In this document: positions 1 to 12,400 of the stretch, piece by piece | How positions within the stretch are numbered: position 1 is the first letter of the stretch | Layout: every line of letters starts with the position of its first letter | DNA from: Phallusia mammillata | Lineage: Eukaryota | Length of the DNA: 64,000 nucleotides | NCBI GenBank assembly: GCA_965637545.1 | Contig: OZ281498.1 | Coordinates: 21,018,001-21,082,000 of the forward strand | Direction of reading: 5' to 3' | Program-made: the position numbers and the translations under genes | Notes under the pieces: generated by a model | What the model saw: the letters and a program-made list of their open reading frames with translations, nothing else | Databases searched by the model: none | What the model was told of the DNA's origin: nothing

Positions 1-1016
1 TACCTCGTATGTGGGCCTATTACCAAACAAAAATGGCTAAAATGAAAGGAATAAAACATGTAAATTTGCAAACTTTCATTTGATATTTTGCATATTTTTG
101 TTTTTGGGAAATAAAGTAGGCGTAACACCTCAATTGCTTGTGATCACACATTTATTTGAGAAATGCAATTGTAATTACTTTATCGCTTTAAATCAGTTTT
201 ACTATTCCACCGTTTTTCTTGTAAGCAATCTTCTATCTGCGTCTTTACCAAAACTTCGTTGTGAGTGTTGAAATACTTTTCAAAGGAGGCCTATATGTGC
301 GGTTAGAAGCTTTGTGATCTTTACTGCGAAACTTGTAAACTCCCCTCTGAATAATAGACGTTTTCATTTCTGATGCATTCTCGTCAAATTTATTCACCAA
401 TGAAGCACCCGATTTTACATGGAGGCTAACCGACTTTATTTGTTCAAAAGTTTTGCAACTCGATTCTTGGCATTGCATTTTAAAACTATTCAAGTCTGTT
501 ATACTGTTCTAAAAATATTTTTTAAATGTGTTATGTAGCCTAACCACAAGCGTTCTTAGGATTTGTAACGTGGTTGACTTATTAAAGAATAGGAAAGAAT
601 TTGTAGTTGTAGTTTTTAATTAAATTGAATAGAACGAAAGTTTTGCCATCAATGAAACGGAAATGATGATTTGTCTCGTTTTTTTTTCTTCCTGTGCGCT
701 TTGTAGTAGTTACCTAATTATACATTATGTATGCCTTCGTGTGTACCATAAATAAAAGTTTTCGATATTAGTGATGGATTAAATTAATTTCCTTTTCAAA
801 CCCCGTGACTTTGTCAGTCGTAGTTTGTACCCAAACAGCCGTATCATGCGTTGAGACATTGCGCCCAATCCTTGAAAAAGGAGTTATGCAATGCTGAAGC
901 TGCTGAACTAGGCTACATGAACCACTGTAAAACGACATGGTAAATTCGAAAACTCCTCATTTTCACAAAGGCATTGTGTTTTAACGCAGCTTCCTGAAAA
1001 TACAGCGAGACAGAAG

Positions 1017-1197
1017 CAGGTTTTTTTAAGGTTTGGTTTGGGTGACCGCTAAGTAGTTTTAAGAGACCGCAAGTGTTTCATTTACATACCAAAAAATCCA
1101 AAATTTTCCAAATTGGTCCAAAGTCCAAATTTTGGGAAACCGCTGGAGAAATTTGGGGGACCGTTTCGGTCCCCCAAAACACCTTAAAAAAACACTG
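1017..1197. mobile_element. hAT-type MITE, 181 bp
   Basis: Termini CAG(T)GTTTTTTTAAGGT / ACCTTAAAAAAACACTG are inverted. Perfect 8-bp TSD GACAGAAG at 1009-1016 and 1198-1205. Internal 12-bp perfect palindrome at 1152-1178. Confidence 0.9.
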
Positions 1198-2489
1198 GAC
1201 AGAAGTATAAACCTTGTACGTAACAACAACTTTATGACCAAGTAACACAATCGAAATTTCCACTTAAACTTAAGTATACCGACGCGTCCCGTTTCATGTG
1301 GATATAAACTGTTAACGGTAGTGTTAAACCGTTTCTGTTATTTTGTATTTAACGATGCGTTGTTCCACCTGAGGTTGGTAGTTGGTTGTTCAAAATAAAA
1401 AACAATCTGTAGTTGAATTGGTACGCAACAAATTTAAGAGATCTGCAATTTGTAGTGTCAGTTAACCTTTTCGAAGCAAAAGACTTAGGTGTGTTTGCAA
1501 ATATTCGATTAATCCAGAAAATGTACGTAATGGGTTAGTTGTATAACAAAAATGGCGAGAGTAAAAATACTTGGTTAATAGCATCGTGGGCTAAACAAGT
1601 ATGGCGAATCTGTGTTTTACGGTAAACTATAGTTGTGATATCAAACATCCAAGCCATTTATTTATTATCAATGCTGTAAATTAGCTTTTCATTGATGATT
1701 TTGTTTTCTTTGTTGGTTCTATACGTATAACAAAGTTGTTGAAACATTGATTTTTATTGATTTAAATCAGGCTGGCGACTTTATATCTATTATTTTTATT
1801 ATATTTTTCTTAAAACCAAAGTTTGTGCCACTTACTCTCGAATGGCGGTCCTCTTGCATCTTTATCATGACGTTCGTCGACTGTAAATGTTTAAATGTGA
1901 GTGCTGCCCTTTTAAAGGTATGAGTTGTTAAATCGGTTCTTACGGTGCTTTGTTGCATCGTTTGGGGAGTAGGCTACTTCACGTGTGTTGATTCAGCGCA
2001 ATTGTAAAAATTGTTCCGTGACAAACTGCTTTTGCGATGTGTATTTATTTTTGCACGTTGTGATTAATGGAAATTGTATAATTAGACAAGCATTTGGCAA
2101 AATGGTCTGCTTAACATATGCAGAATCGTAAAAACTAATTCGGATAATGTTTAGACCAAATCCCCTTATAAAATGATTTATTGAAACTTTTTAGGACAAG
2201 AGCCGTTTCTAAGCTTGTTTAAAACAATAGTATCATAAATATTTTGGATTAGCAAGGCTTCCGAAGCAACTGCCTAAAATGCACACTATTCAAACTTTGA
2301 GAATGAAAAAAGGCAACATTGTGGGTATATCAGTTGAAAATGCACAAAAATGTTCACCAAGGGTTTAAGACCAAATAGCAAATAATCGCAAGGTCAATCA
2401 ATAGTCTTAAGTGTATGTCAACAATAGTAGATACATTTACAATATTTTAATATGTGTTGTGTAAAAAATTTGTAAACAATTACTGTTAT

Positions 2490-5400
2490 TTACATCACCA
2501 CAGATGGCAAGTAGTTTTCGCTTGGAACGTAGCTCTCGTTATCATAGACACCATTCTCGTTGATGTTTCTAAACTCTGCATTCGACGTATTCTTTACCAC
2601 ACTTTCCGCGTCTTCCTCATTTTCACTCACTTTTTCCACACTTTTCCCGTCTTTTTCATTTTCACCCATCTTTTCCATGCGTTCCGCGTTTCCACCCAAA
2701 TTTTCCACACGATCCACATCTTCATCGTCCGCGGCAATCCAGCCTTTCTTCAGCCCCAGTTTAAACACCAAAGCTCCCACGGCCGAATACCCGATAGTTA
2801 TTACATAGTAAATTGCGGGAAAGAGAATTACCCGTGCAAAAACAGCCGGCTGATTGGCGAACGACAGGTTGATAATGGAAGTAGCCACTTGGGAATTTTG
2901 TAGAGCGCATTCCACCGATACCGTTCTCTTGCATCTTCTGTTAAGTCCCAGAAACGGGATCAGAGTTATGCCGTACGCCAGCAGGAACACCACGATCGGC
3001 ATTAAAAATGCGACCTGTAACACGAATAGTGATTCATTAGGTATGATTTATCCCTAGTCGGTATAGTTTGCTACAATTGGTTTCAAATTATTTGAGTCCA
3101 CAATATTTCGTTTGTAACAGCACAACTGCAATATCTAGTATTTTCTGGGCGAAAATAGCCGTTAACGCACTATCAGGGCAGAGAACAGGAACACTCATTG
3201 AAAAAAGTTGCCATTGTCCGTATTTTTTTCAAAAATAAAATTGGTAACTCATATACCTTGGTTATATTCTGTAACAACGGCAATTCAAGATAAACGGACC
3301 AACTTGTACATATGCATATCTTTGGTTTATTTTCCAGTAACCTAGCGACCGAACACATGCTTACCACTGCTTGCTGCCATATGATCCGCAATAGGCTTCC
3401 GACAGTGATTCCGGAATATATGACCCAGGCCAAGATACCCAGTGAAGCAAGTACGAGTGCAATCTGTGGATGTCACATTTCCCAGTTAAACCCGGTATGT
3501 ATGCCCTTTTTTTATCGACCGACATTTCGTGCAGTGGCTTTTCACCTATTTTCAAACCCTACTGTTTTAATGCGTTAAGTTTGGAAGAACTGCTTTTCTT
3601 CTTATCAGATCGGACGAATTTAAAGACTATTTAAAACAATCAAACTTGATTTGAAATATTTTTGCGAAACTTGTTTTCAGTCAAAATGTTTGTGCAATTA
3701 ACGCAGTTAAAGGTTTATATTGTATTTGCTAAGTAACTTTTATTCGAGCTGTTGGTGAGATACAACGGCGGCAGCATATGTGGTTTCACGACCTTAACAG
3801 GTTTGCTTTGCCAATTTACATTTAAGTGACCTTTTTCGCTTGGTAAAAGAAGACAAAGCGACACAATAGCACTATAAATATCACTAAGTCGGACTATTTG
3901 GGGTTACTATTGGTTTTTAGACAGTGCCATTAAAAAAATAAATTTAATATTATTTACTGCACTAAAAAACTCAAACCTTTGACGCGATTTTTAATTCCCT
4001 TCTTCCTTGAAACTTGGCATTGAGCAAAATTCCAACCGCTAGAGGTCCCACCAGAGAAGCAAGAGTAATTCCTGTAAAAAGGGTTCTGCTATTGGTTTTA
4101 TGCGGGTTAGGGGCCCAGCAGTGGTGGGATTTAAATTTTTTGTCAGCCGGTTCTATCACAAAGTCATATTTATCAGCCGGTTCTGTTACAAAAAGTTTGA
4201 CAGTACCCAGTTAAAGCTAACCGGTTGGCTGAGCCCATAAAATTTCGTGAGACGGTTCTATAGAACCGGTTCGAATCGGCTGAATCCCACCACTGGGTCC
4301 AGACTTTCACGACCAATGAAATACATTAAAAACTCTTACCAACCATGATTTTAAAATCGAGTGTTTTAACCAGGGTAAAAGTCGTGATAATCGGATTTTA
4401 CAGCTGAGTGTTAATAGACGGAGTTGCAATAGTAATTGAAGTGATTTTATTTAACTACAAAAAGACATGTGAAAAAGATAAAAAAATAACACTTATTAAC
4501 TGATTTGAATTTCGAAAAACTGCCTTATCAGTGTTAAAAGACCTTTAAACTGTTGAAAAACTGAGTAACATGTTCCATGAAACCATAGTTTTGATCAAAA
4601 CGTTTTGTTCACTTAGGATTGTGTAACACGGCATTCGGAGAGTGTAGTTTTCCGGTAGTCTATTTTAGACCGAGCTTTACTAGTGTTCCTGGCAGTTGTT
4701 AAAAAGCGTACGTTTTGCAAAATCACCCGAGCCAGGTCATTGACATCTATTTGTAACGATTTACAGGAAAATGGTCAAATTTTATATCGCTATTGTATTT
4801 TCCGAATGCTATTTTGTGCGCCATATTACAGCAGAAGTGGGCAATTTTATTTAACAAGCGAAGGAATAAAAACTGTTTCCATTGTTGTGGAACAAATTAA
4901 ATACCCTTGAAATATTTTCCCTGACCTTGTAACCCAGGTAGCCTACACTGGAATTGAAAAAGTCATAACATCCAAAACTCTATACTTGCCAAGTTGTTCA
5001 AATGGAATTTCTAGATCGCTGTCGAGATTTTCAGCAGTTTGAAATATTATCAACCACATGGGCATTGACCCAAGCGCCAGTATTGTTGATGTTGTGGTCA
5101 TTGCCACACTGTAAAACACAATGGGTTAGTTGCAATGGCGTAGGGCAGGGGTCTCCAAACAACAAGTGTTAATTGTGCGCAAACAATTGCCTTATTTGTT
5201 AGTTGTGACGTAATATATAAGCATTGCTTCTAAGATTAGACGAACTACACAATTTAACAGACGCATCACCAGATTTTAAATAGGATTGTAGAAAGACCAT
5301 ATTTTTGCGCCCCTGTAAAAATCGTCTCGCGGGCTAAGTTTGGAAAGGCAACGCTAGTGCATGTAAACTATGCGGCCCTCAGTGAAGTTTACATGTTATT

Positions 5401-7132
5401 TTAAGTATTTGGAGGTTAAGCTTTGCCCAATGCAACATAATTTGTGGAATAGATGCAAAGCAGTACTAATAGTTTTACCTTAAATCTACAACCCCATCGA
5501 CCCAATACACCACGATGTTGCTGACTGATCCGCCTGGGCTGCTTCCTTGTATCATGACGCCCAGTGTTTCGGCTTGTGGCATTTGAAAAGCTTTTGCCAT
5601 TGCCCACGCTATTACTACAAAAAACATACTTTGACGTGTGTGCAAAATGTCCATATTTTCACATGATTTTTTATAGATGGCTCAAAATAACTAACTTGTT
5701 TCCTCATGTGACAAATGAAAGTCAACAAACAGTAACTTTTACCATTCTAATATTTGCATAACACCACAGCACTTCTTAATCACAGTAATACAATCATAAA
5801 CATTAAAAAATCAATGTTTTTAGCATGACGTTGCAGCACGATGACGCCATCAGTCAAAATAATGGTTATCATATCATTACGTCATCGGCGTGATCCCCGG
5901 CATGTAACACTGTTATATCTCTGCTATATAAATAGCACAACTTTTTCTTCAAACGTTACCATCAAATATTTGTGAGAAAATATGAAAGGCTTACGCGGCA
6001 CCAAAAAGAGTTGTAGAAATACGCCAAACAGGTACGCTTTTGGTCTTTTGATGTAGTACCACAGGTCTTTGTAATTGACCCCCATTCCAATACCAATCAT
6101 CCCAACGCCGACAACTGTCCTAGAGGTTAAAAGCTACTATATTAACAAGAGTGAATTAGTAGGATGGCATTACAATGTCAATCTATTTTTTAGCATAACG
6201 CAAGTCCACAACATGATGTTGCATAAGGTGGTGAAGCTTTTGTGCAGCTGTGTTTTTTTGTGACCCACCCTTGACAAAGCGAACAGCATTATTACGCTTT
6301 AGTATTTATTTTTAATACCGGTAATTACACGCTATAATGTTATACACAGGTGTAAAGGTAGTAAAATTAAGTTTTATTTCGTTGAAAACTTCTGCTAAAG
6401 TTTGTCATTACACGCTGTGACGCTCCACACACGTCGACAAAATAAACCAATGAGCTTTCACATTTTTCCTGCTACACCAGTGTTTCTGAACCAGTGGGCC
6501 ATGACCCACTGGTGAGCAAATAGGCCACAGAGCGACGAAAATGTTGAAATTTTATTTCTTTGAATTTATAATAAAACTGGTTACTTGTGTTCCGCAGCAA
6601 GTTTCGCACTAATGTATACATTGCAGTAAATATCTTTACCAAAAACCATGAATGCTCTCCACAACAAGCATAAACAAAATGAGAGCATTTTGTCTTGTTA
6701 ATGAGCCAGTGGGCCATGGGATTCTTACAAAATGTTTTCTGGGCCACATTAGAAAAGCGTTAAGAAACACTCTATACTTCACCTTTAAATATGCACCAAT
6801 AATACGCGTCTTTCCAGTTATTTTGTGGAACCGTGAAATGTTAAAACAAACATTTTTGTGTGTGGAGATTTTTTAAAGTTTTTCAACCAGTAGATGGCTA
6901 CAAAAGGTTATGAACTACTGTATTAGATACCTACGTTGTAACTATTACACCAGTGTTGCCGAAACCAATCCGTTGTCCTCCCGTAATATTTCCGCAGGAC
7001 AAACCTAAAACAAAGAAGCCCAATAGTTAGAAAACATCATCTTAAGGCCGAAAGCTTTTCCGTACCTGTCCCATTTTCACAACCACCTGCTGTTGTTAAG
7101 TCTGTTGTAAAACTTGGTGTTGTTAAATCCAT
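2490..7132 (-). CDS. SLC10A2-like: SLC10-family sodium/bile-acid cotransporter, paralogue A (8 coding exons, ~411 aa)
   Basis: Exons 7132-7066, 7004-6935, 6119-5995, 5614-5479, 5108-4990, 4071-3977, 3463-3365, 3014-2490 join in frame. SLC10 motifs LQLFLVP, QGSSPGGSVSNIVVYWVDGVVDLSVAMTTTS and ECALQNSQVA. Intron 4989-4072 has a GC donor. Exact orthology within SLC10 is not resolved. Confidence 0.92.
2598..2720 (-). repeat. Degenerate 39-bp (13-aa) coding tandem repeat in the C-terminal tail of SLC10 paralogue A
   Basis: Units start at 2598, 2637 and 2676 (cacactttccgcgtcttcctcattttcact... / cacacttttcccgtctttttcattttcacc...). They encode SVEKVSENEEDAE / RMEKMGENEKDGK-like acidic units. Confidence 0.75.
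4119..4295. mobile_element. MITE (hAT-like TIR CAGTGGTGGGATT), copy 1, in an SLC10-A intron
   Basis: 13-bp TIR CAGTGGTGGGATT/AATCCCACCACTG. Body is homologous to 7519-7688. TSD is imperfect. Confidence 0.85.
6478..6772. mobile_element. Degenerate hAT-like MITE
   Basis: Left CAGTGTTTCTGAAC and right GTTAAGAAACACTC are imperfect inverted termini. Internal repeat of CCAGTGGGCCATG. No clear TSD. Confidence 0.55.
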
Positions 7133-7518
7133 TGTAGCTTGCAAATTATAACAATGTAAATCAGTTACAAAAATCCCAACACACCTGCAAATGTATGGTT
7201 GAAAACACTTTTGTGACCATTTTGTAAATTGATTAATTTTTTTCAGTATTGTTGTGTTGATTCGAGTGTTATTATGGTTTTAACTATGCGACTTGAAGAG
7301 CGCTGTATACGTTCCACTATTACCCGTTTCATTTCTTATAACCTCTAGAAAGCCCTGTGCGTGTTTAACACTGAACACTATTTGCCGCTCAACGAAAATT
7401 CGACTGAAGTGACCATGCAGGCACATAAACAAATGTTGCGTTAACTGTTGAAATTTTTTCATATAACTGTTAAAAACAACTTTAACAAGTTACACAGAAT
7501 ATTGTTTTCATATATATC

Positions 7519-7688
7519 CAGTGGCGGGATTTACATTTTTTGTCACCCGGTCCTGCCACAAAAGTCATATGTTTCAGCCGGTTTTGGTATAAAAAGTCAT
7601 ATGACAGTAATAACTGGTTCGCTGATCTCAAAAAATTTAGTGAGACATTGCCATAGAACCGGTGCGAATCGGCTGAATCCCACCACTG
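7519..7688. mobile_element. MITE (hAT-like TIR CAGTGG(C/T)GGGATT), copy 2
   Basis: Same TIR and body as 4119-4295. tatatc occurs on both flanks. Confidence 0.85.
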
Positions 7689-8742
7689 TATATATCCACA
7701 TCTTAATAAATACAATTACGAAAGTAAAAAGCATCCGAAACAACGTTTCTGTCATGGACCTGACTTTTACCTGTAGTAAAAAAATCCAAAACTTACCTAA
7801 CTGTTTAGCGACTTGTATTGTTGGGTGAACTAAGAATGAATTTGGCTGAAGTAAGATTTAGTTTCACGAGGTTCCCGTATCTAGATATTGTCGCAATAGT
7901 AGCGAATTTAAAACTCTGTTTTATACATTTGAAGAGATCTAATATTTACACTTCAGTGTGTACTTAGTTTTTTCATAGTGTTGCAATTTAATGACCACGA
8001 TCCTTTTTTACAGTCTAACCGAAATTGTACCTGAACAAAAACGCTACAAAATTTGACCCCTGCCGTAGACTTTTCTCGGAAATTTTAATATTCTTCTGTC
8101 CATTTTGTTTTTAATGTTTCCCAGCAAGGCAGTTCATTGAACTTTATGATGCAAGAATTAAACATTTGTCGCTCAGACTAAGTGATTAAGTTTTTGTCAT
8201 ATGCATTGATTTTTTTACTACTTTTCGTACCTATAGGAGTTCCAACAGCTGTATATGGACCAATCGCCTTAGTTAGCTGTAAGTATGAAATACCAAACAA
8301 TGGCCGTTACTGTGCATAAAATATACCCTTCTTTAAATTATTAAAGACTTCATTTCGAAAACAAAGTGCATTCTTGCAACAAAATTGTTATTTTTGAATC
8401 CCTTCTGTAGTAAATATGCCTCGAAGTTGGCCTGGCGATGGTTACTGATCTAATACCTTGCAATTTTTAAGACAGCATCTATATTCGTAGAAGCAAATAA
8501 CACAAACTTTTATTTTCAACGAACAAATGTTAAAACAACCTAAAAAGTCAGCATGTGAAGAAATCAGTAAAATTAATTGAACTATCAGTTAGTGTATGAT
8601 TTTTGCAAGGCAAATGTAGACGTGATTAACTTTATTATAAAGCACCATTATAATATGTGAAAACTAAATAAACAAGGTTACAATTTATTGTAATCATAAA
8701 AAAACCTAATATGAAAGCATGGAAACCATCGCAAGATGAACG

Positions 8743-8787
8743 CTATAGACAGTGCATTGTTTCCACCCAAAAGGTCTCATCATACAA
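8743..8787 (-). ncRNA. Degenerate type-I hammerhead ribozyme motif (family 1)
   Basis: Minus strand: TTGTA (-)TGATGA GACC-TTTT-GGGTG GAAA CAAT-GC-ACTG TC TATAG. Core C3 is missing, but stem I still pairs. Confidence 0.6.
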
Positions 8788-9438
8788 AAACTGATGCAGC
8801 AAAATGGGCGTAAAACAACAAATCAGAGTGCATGATTCTTTGTACAGCGAACTTTTGCTATAACAGGCAAAAAATTTCAAAAAAAGTAGACACCGGTGCT
8901 TGTTACATGTGGTTGTTTTGGCAACGCATTGTAATTGTCTGTACAGACTGAATTCCTTCATTGTAAGAAATCATTTTCTTGTTTGAAGTATTCAACAACA
9001 CATATTTTGATTTACAAAAGCTGCACTTAACAATAATGCTCATAATATTTCAATACTCATATTAGTAACTTAGTAGCTAAGTTTGCGTTTAAAAATTGTC
9101 ATTTTTAAAATTAGCGGGGTGATAAGCTTTGATAGTCGTTTTTTTTTTCATTATCAACCAAATGTTGTGCAGAATAGGCAAAACAATGCAGTAATGGGAA
9201 AGGACACTTCACGTCTTAACTTAGGACATTGCGGAAATACAAGTTTGTCACCGATGACCACTCGGCCTTTATCCTCAAGTTGAAAAGGTAAGAAAGTGCA
9301 AAAAATGTTTGGATACAAACTAAGAGTGTAAAATATATGGCCAATAATTCCGAGTCACAGAATTGCTTGCGTGACTTTGCTTCAACAAAGAAAAGTTTTA
9401 TGAAAGCCTTGGTTTCCAAAAAAATGTATCTTTATCTT

Positions 9439-12400
9439 TTACAATGGAAGTTCCTTCTTCATCGCTTCAGCATCGTTTGTGTAGGTCGGATTGTCCGTGC
9501 CCTTCTTGACGCGGTCATCCAGTTCTGGTGCGTTTACCTCGTCCTCATCCGGTTTAATCCAACCTTTCTTTTTGCCGACAATGAAAAGCAAAGTGAAAAA
9601 TGCCGCATACGACACCTGTAAAAAATAGTACTTGCTTACTTTGTACTTTTTTGACATTTGGGGATGTAAATTTTTATCTATTATCTATTTAACCAAACAC
9701 AATACCCATTACCCCGCTGATCTTGGTTTGACCGAGAATACTCAGGGTATTGTTACGTCACACGTATACGACGTAACGGTTATTTCCGGATCTTGACTTT
9801 TTGGCAATGCACTTTTGTCTATTTTTATTAAAGAGCAATGCTCGGTCGATGGGCCTTTTTCGACTCGGCTCCCCACAAACGGTTTACAAACATGATAAGT
9901 TATAAAGCCAATTTTAGACCGTTAAACCGTATTTACATTCGGTGTCTTAGGCGTTTGCGTGTTAAGCTTACCTGAAAGATATAATAAAGAAGAGGAAAGA
10001 GAAGAATCTGTAGTTGAAGTAACGGATTTTGTGTGAAGGTCAGTTGAATAACGGCAGCCGCCACTTGAACGTTTTGCAGGGCGATCTCTAGCGATATCGT
10101 GCGGCGAGCTTTACCTCCTAGTTTCACACATGGCACAAGCACGGCTAAGTAACCAACGATGAATGTGACGAGTGGCATGATGCAGGCGACCTGGAAAATA
10201 TGAAATGTAAGTTGCTGCAGGTATACGAACCATGTCGCAGCCTACGGAAAATTAAAACCCACCACGACTTGTTTCCATGTCACGATGAACGCTTGACGAC
10301 GTAATACTGACGTTACAATAAGGATCACGAGAATTGCCAGTGAAGCTGATATAATTAAAACCTGGAATGGAAATGTGTTACTTCAACTTAAGTAAAACTA
10401 GAAATGTTTTCCTATGCAATGTTGGTTCTATTTTTTATTAGAGTTGTAAGCGGCCTGTAGACTATATAGGCCCGAACTTACAAAAATTGATAGATAAGGT
10501 ATTTTATATGCAGTCCAAATAAATTAGTTAGTAATTAATTTCCTCGAATGTGACAGAGCATGATTTCAGGATAGAAGTTTGATCACTCTGACCTCAGTGA
10601 CCCTACTCTAGTTTTTACACTTTAAAATGAGAAAATACAGTTTCACAAATGTTGGATCTACTGTATGTGGGCTACTTCGATCAATTTATCTATACGAGCG
10701 ATTTCGCAAATGTAAACTTTAACGGTTTCTTACCTACCAGTTGCAAAAACGAACTATACTTACTCTTGAGATTAGTGCTGCTTTCTTGGGAAACTTCCAG
10801 TTGAGAATCACACCGAAACATAGGGGAACCACCAAACATGCCAGGGTAATTCCTGAAATGGATGTTGGATGTAAATTTCTCTTCACTAGTGTTAGCTATG
10901 TTTGTGATTTGCTTTTTTGGTGAAGCAAGTTTGAAACTGTTTACCAAACCCGTCTTGACAAATTTATAGTTTAACGCTTTATTAAACTTTATTAACAAAT
11001 GTTAGACTTAAATGTGGTTAATAAACTTTTTGCGCTTTACACCTCATTCTTACCCTACTTCCATTCAAAAGTAAATACAAAATGGCATTTTTTTCAACAA
11101 CACATAACAAAGGTGATCAACTTTTTGGTTTAATTATTTTGGTTCTCATAAGCATCATTTTACCTATCTCTTGGAATGGAATCACAAATGAAGTTATATT
11201 TTCCGCCGATTGAAAAATGAACAACCAAAGAGGAAGGGTACCCAATGCAAGGAGCGTTGATGTCGCTGTCATTACAACACTGAAAAAGAAAAATGAATAT
11301 TTTCAAAAACGTGGTAAATTAGGCTGCATCACAATTAAAATTGAGTGACTAATACAAGCAAGTTTTAATCAATTAACGTGGGCTAAAAAAAGTATTCATT
11401 TGAAAAACAAAGAAGGCCTAAATCAATTTAACTTTAAAAGAATACATTGTTTATTAATAAATATTGTTTAAGGTGTAGGAACCCATAAGTTGCTGGGGCA
11501 AAATACCAACTTCCATAATTTTGATTTAAATTTAGAAAACATACACTGTGCATTTACAAGTTTGTTCCAAGTGATGTTACTATTTAGGTACGTGCACTGG
11601 CGTAGAGTGCGGGGGTGCCGCACACCCCCGGCCTTAACCTTTGTATAACGTCAAAATCGCATCTTTGTTTAAGTTACGTCGGTTGAATTGCTTTACTTTT
11701 ACTTCCCGCCGTAACACGTTACTTTAAACTTAATCGTTGTTAAAATATCTGATTCGGCAAATCGTCCTCTCGTTACATCAGACGTTATTAGACGCACAGC
11801 AAACGTTCCAATCGAACACAAAGAAATTGCGCCAAGTGTCTATTTGCAAATTAATGTGATAGAAACTACATGCTAAAGCACGTAAAAGATGTCGTTATTT
11901 GGTCTCATACGGGTACAGATACTGTACATGTAATGGCATCATTTTTGGAAGATCAAACGGCGCACCCCCGGTATTTTTTAAAACTCTACGCCTATGGGTA
12001 CGTGTTTTGCGTGATATATGGTTTAACAAATCCTGTTGGTATTTGGATGACCCAATGATTCATTTCAGCTGTAGTTCATGATCGAACGTTGTGGTAATAA
12101 GTTATGCATCAACACTGGGTTCAATGCACTGCAGGTTGGTAAAACTTCGTCGCAACCAGTTAGTCGTGCATGACAAACCCTCGTTCCGTGACGTTGTTAA
12201 GCTCAATGAACCTACGGCCAAAAGCCGTTGCCAACCCCCCCGAAAACCACTTGTTTCTGTGGAAGGTGTCTCACAAAATCAAAGATGCTATGCTGCAGTT
12301 TTTTCAGATAGCACTTCTTTCGAAGTGCTTTGGTTTTTCGGTAAACTTTAGGATTAGGTTGCTACATTGTCAATGTTGGTTTAATATGTTGAAATAAGAT

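Noticed and set aside
2454-2903. 149-aa plus-strand ORF
   Set aside because: Antisense shadow of the last SLC10-A exon.
12091-12397. Overlapping intronic ORFs in SLC10-B
   Set aside because: No recognisable domain or splice signals; may be old repeat debris.
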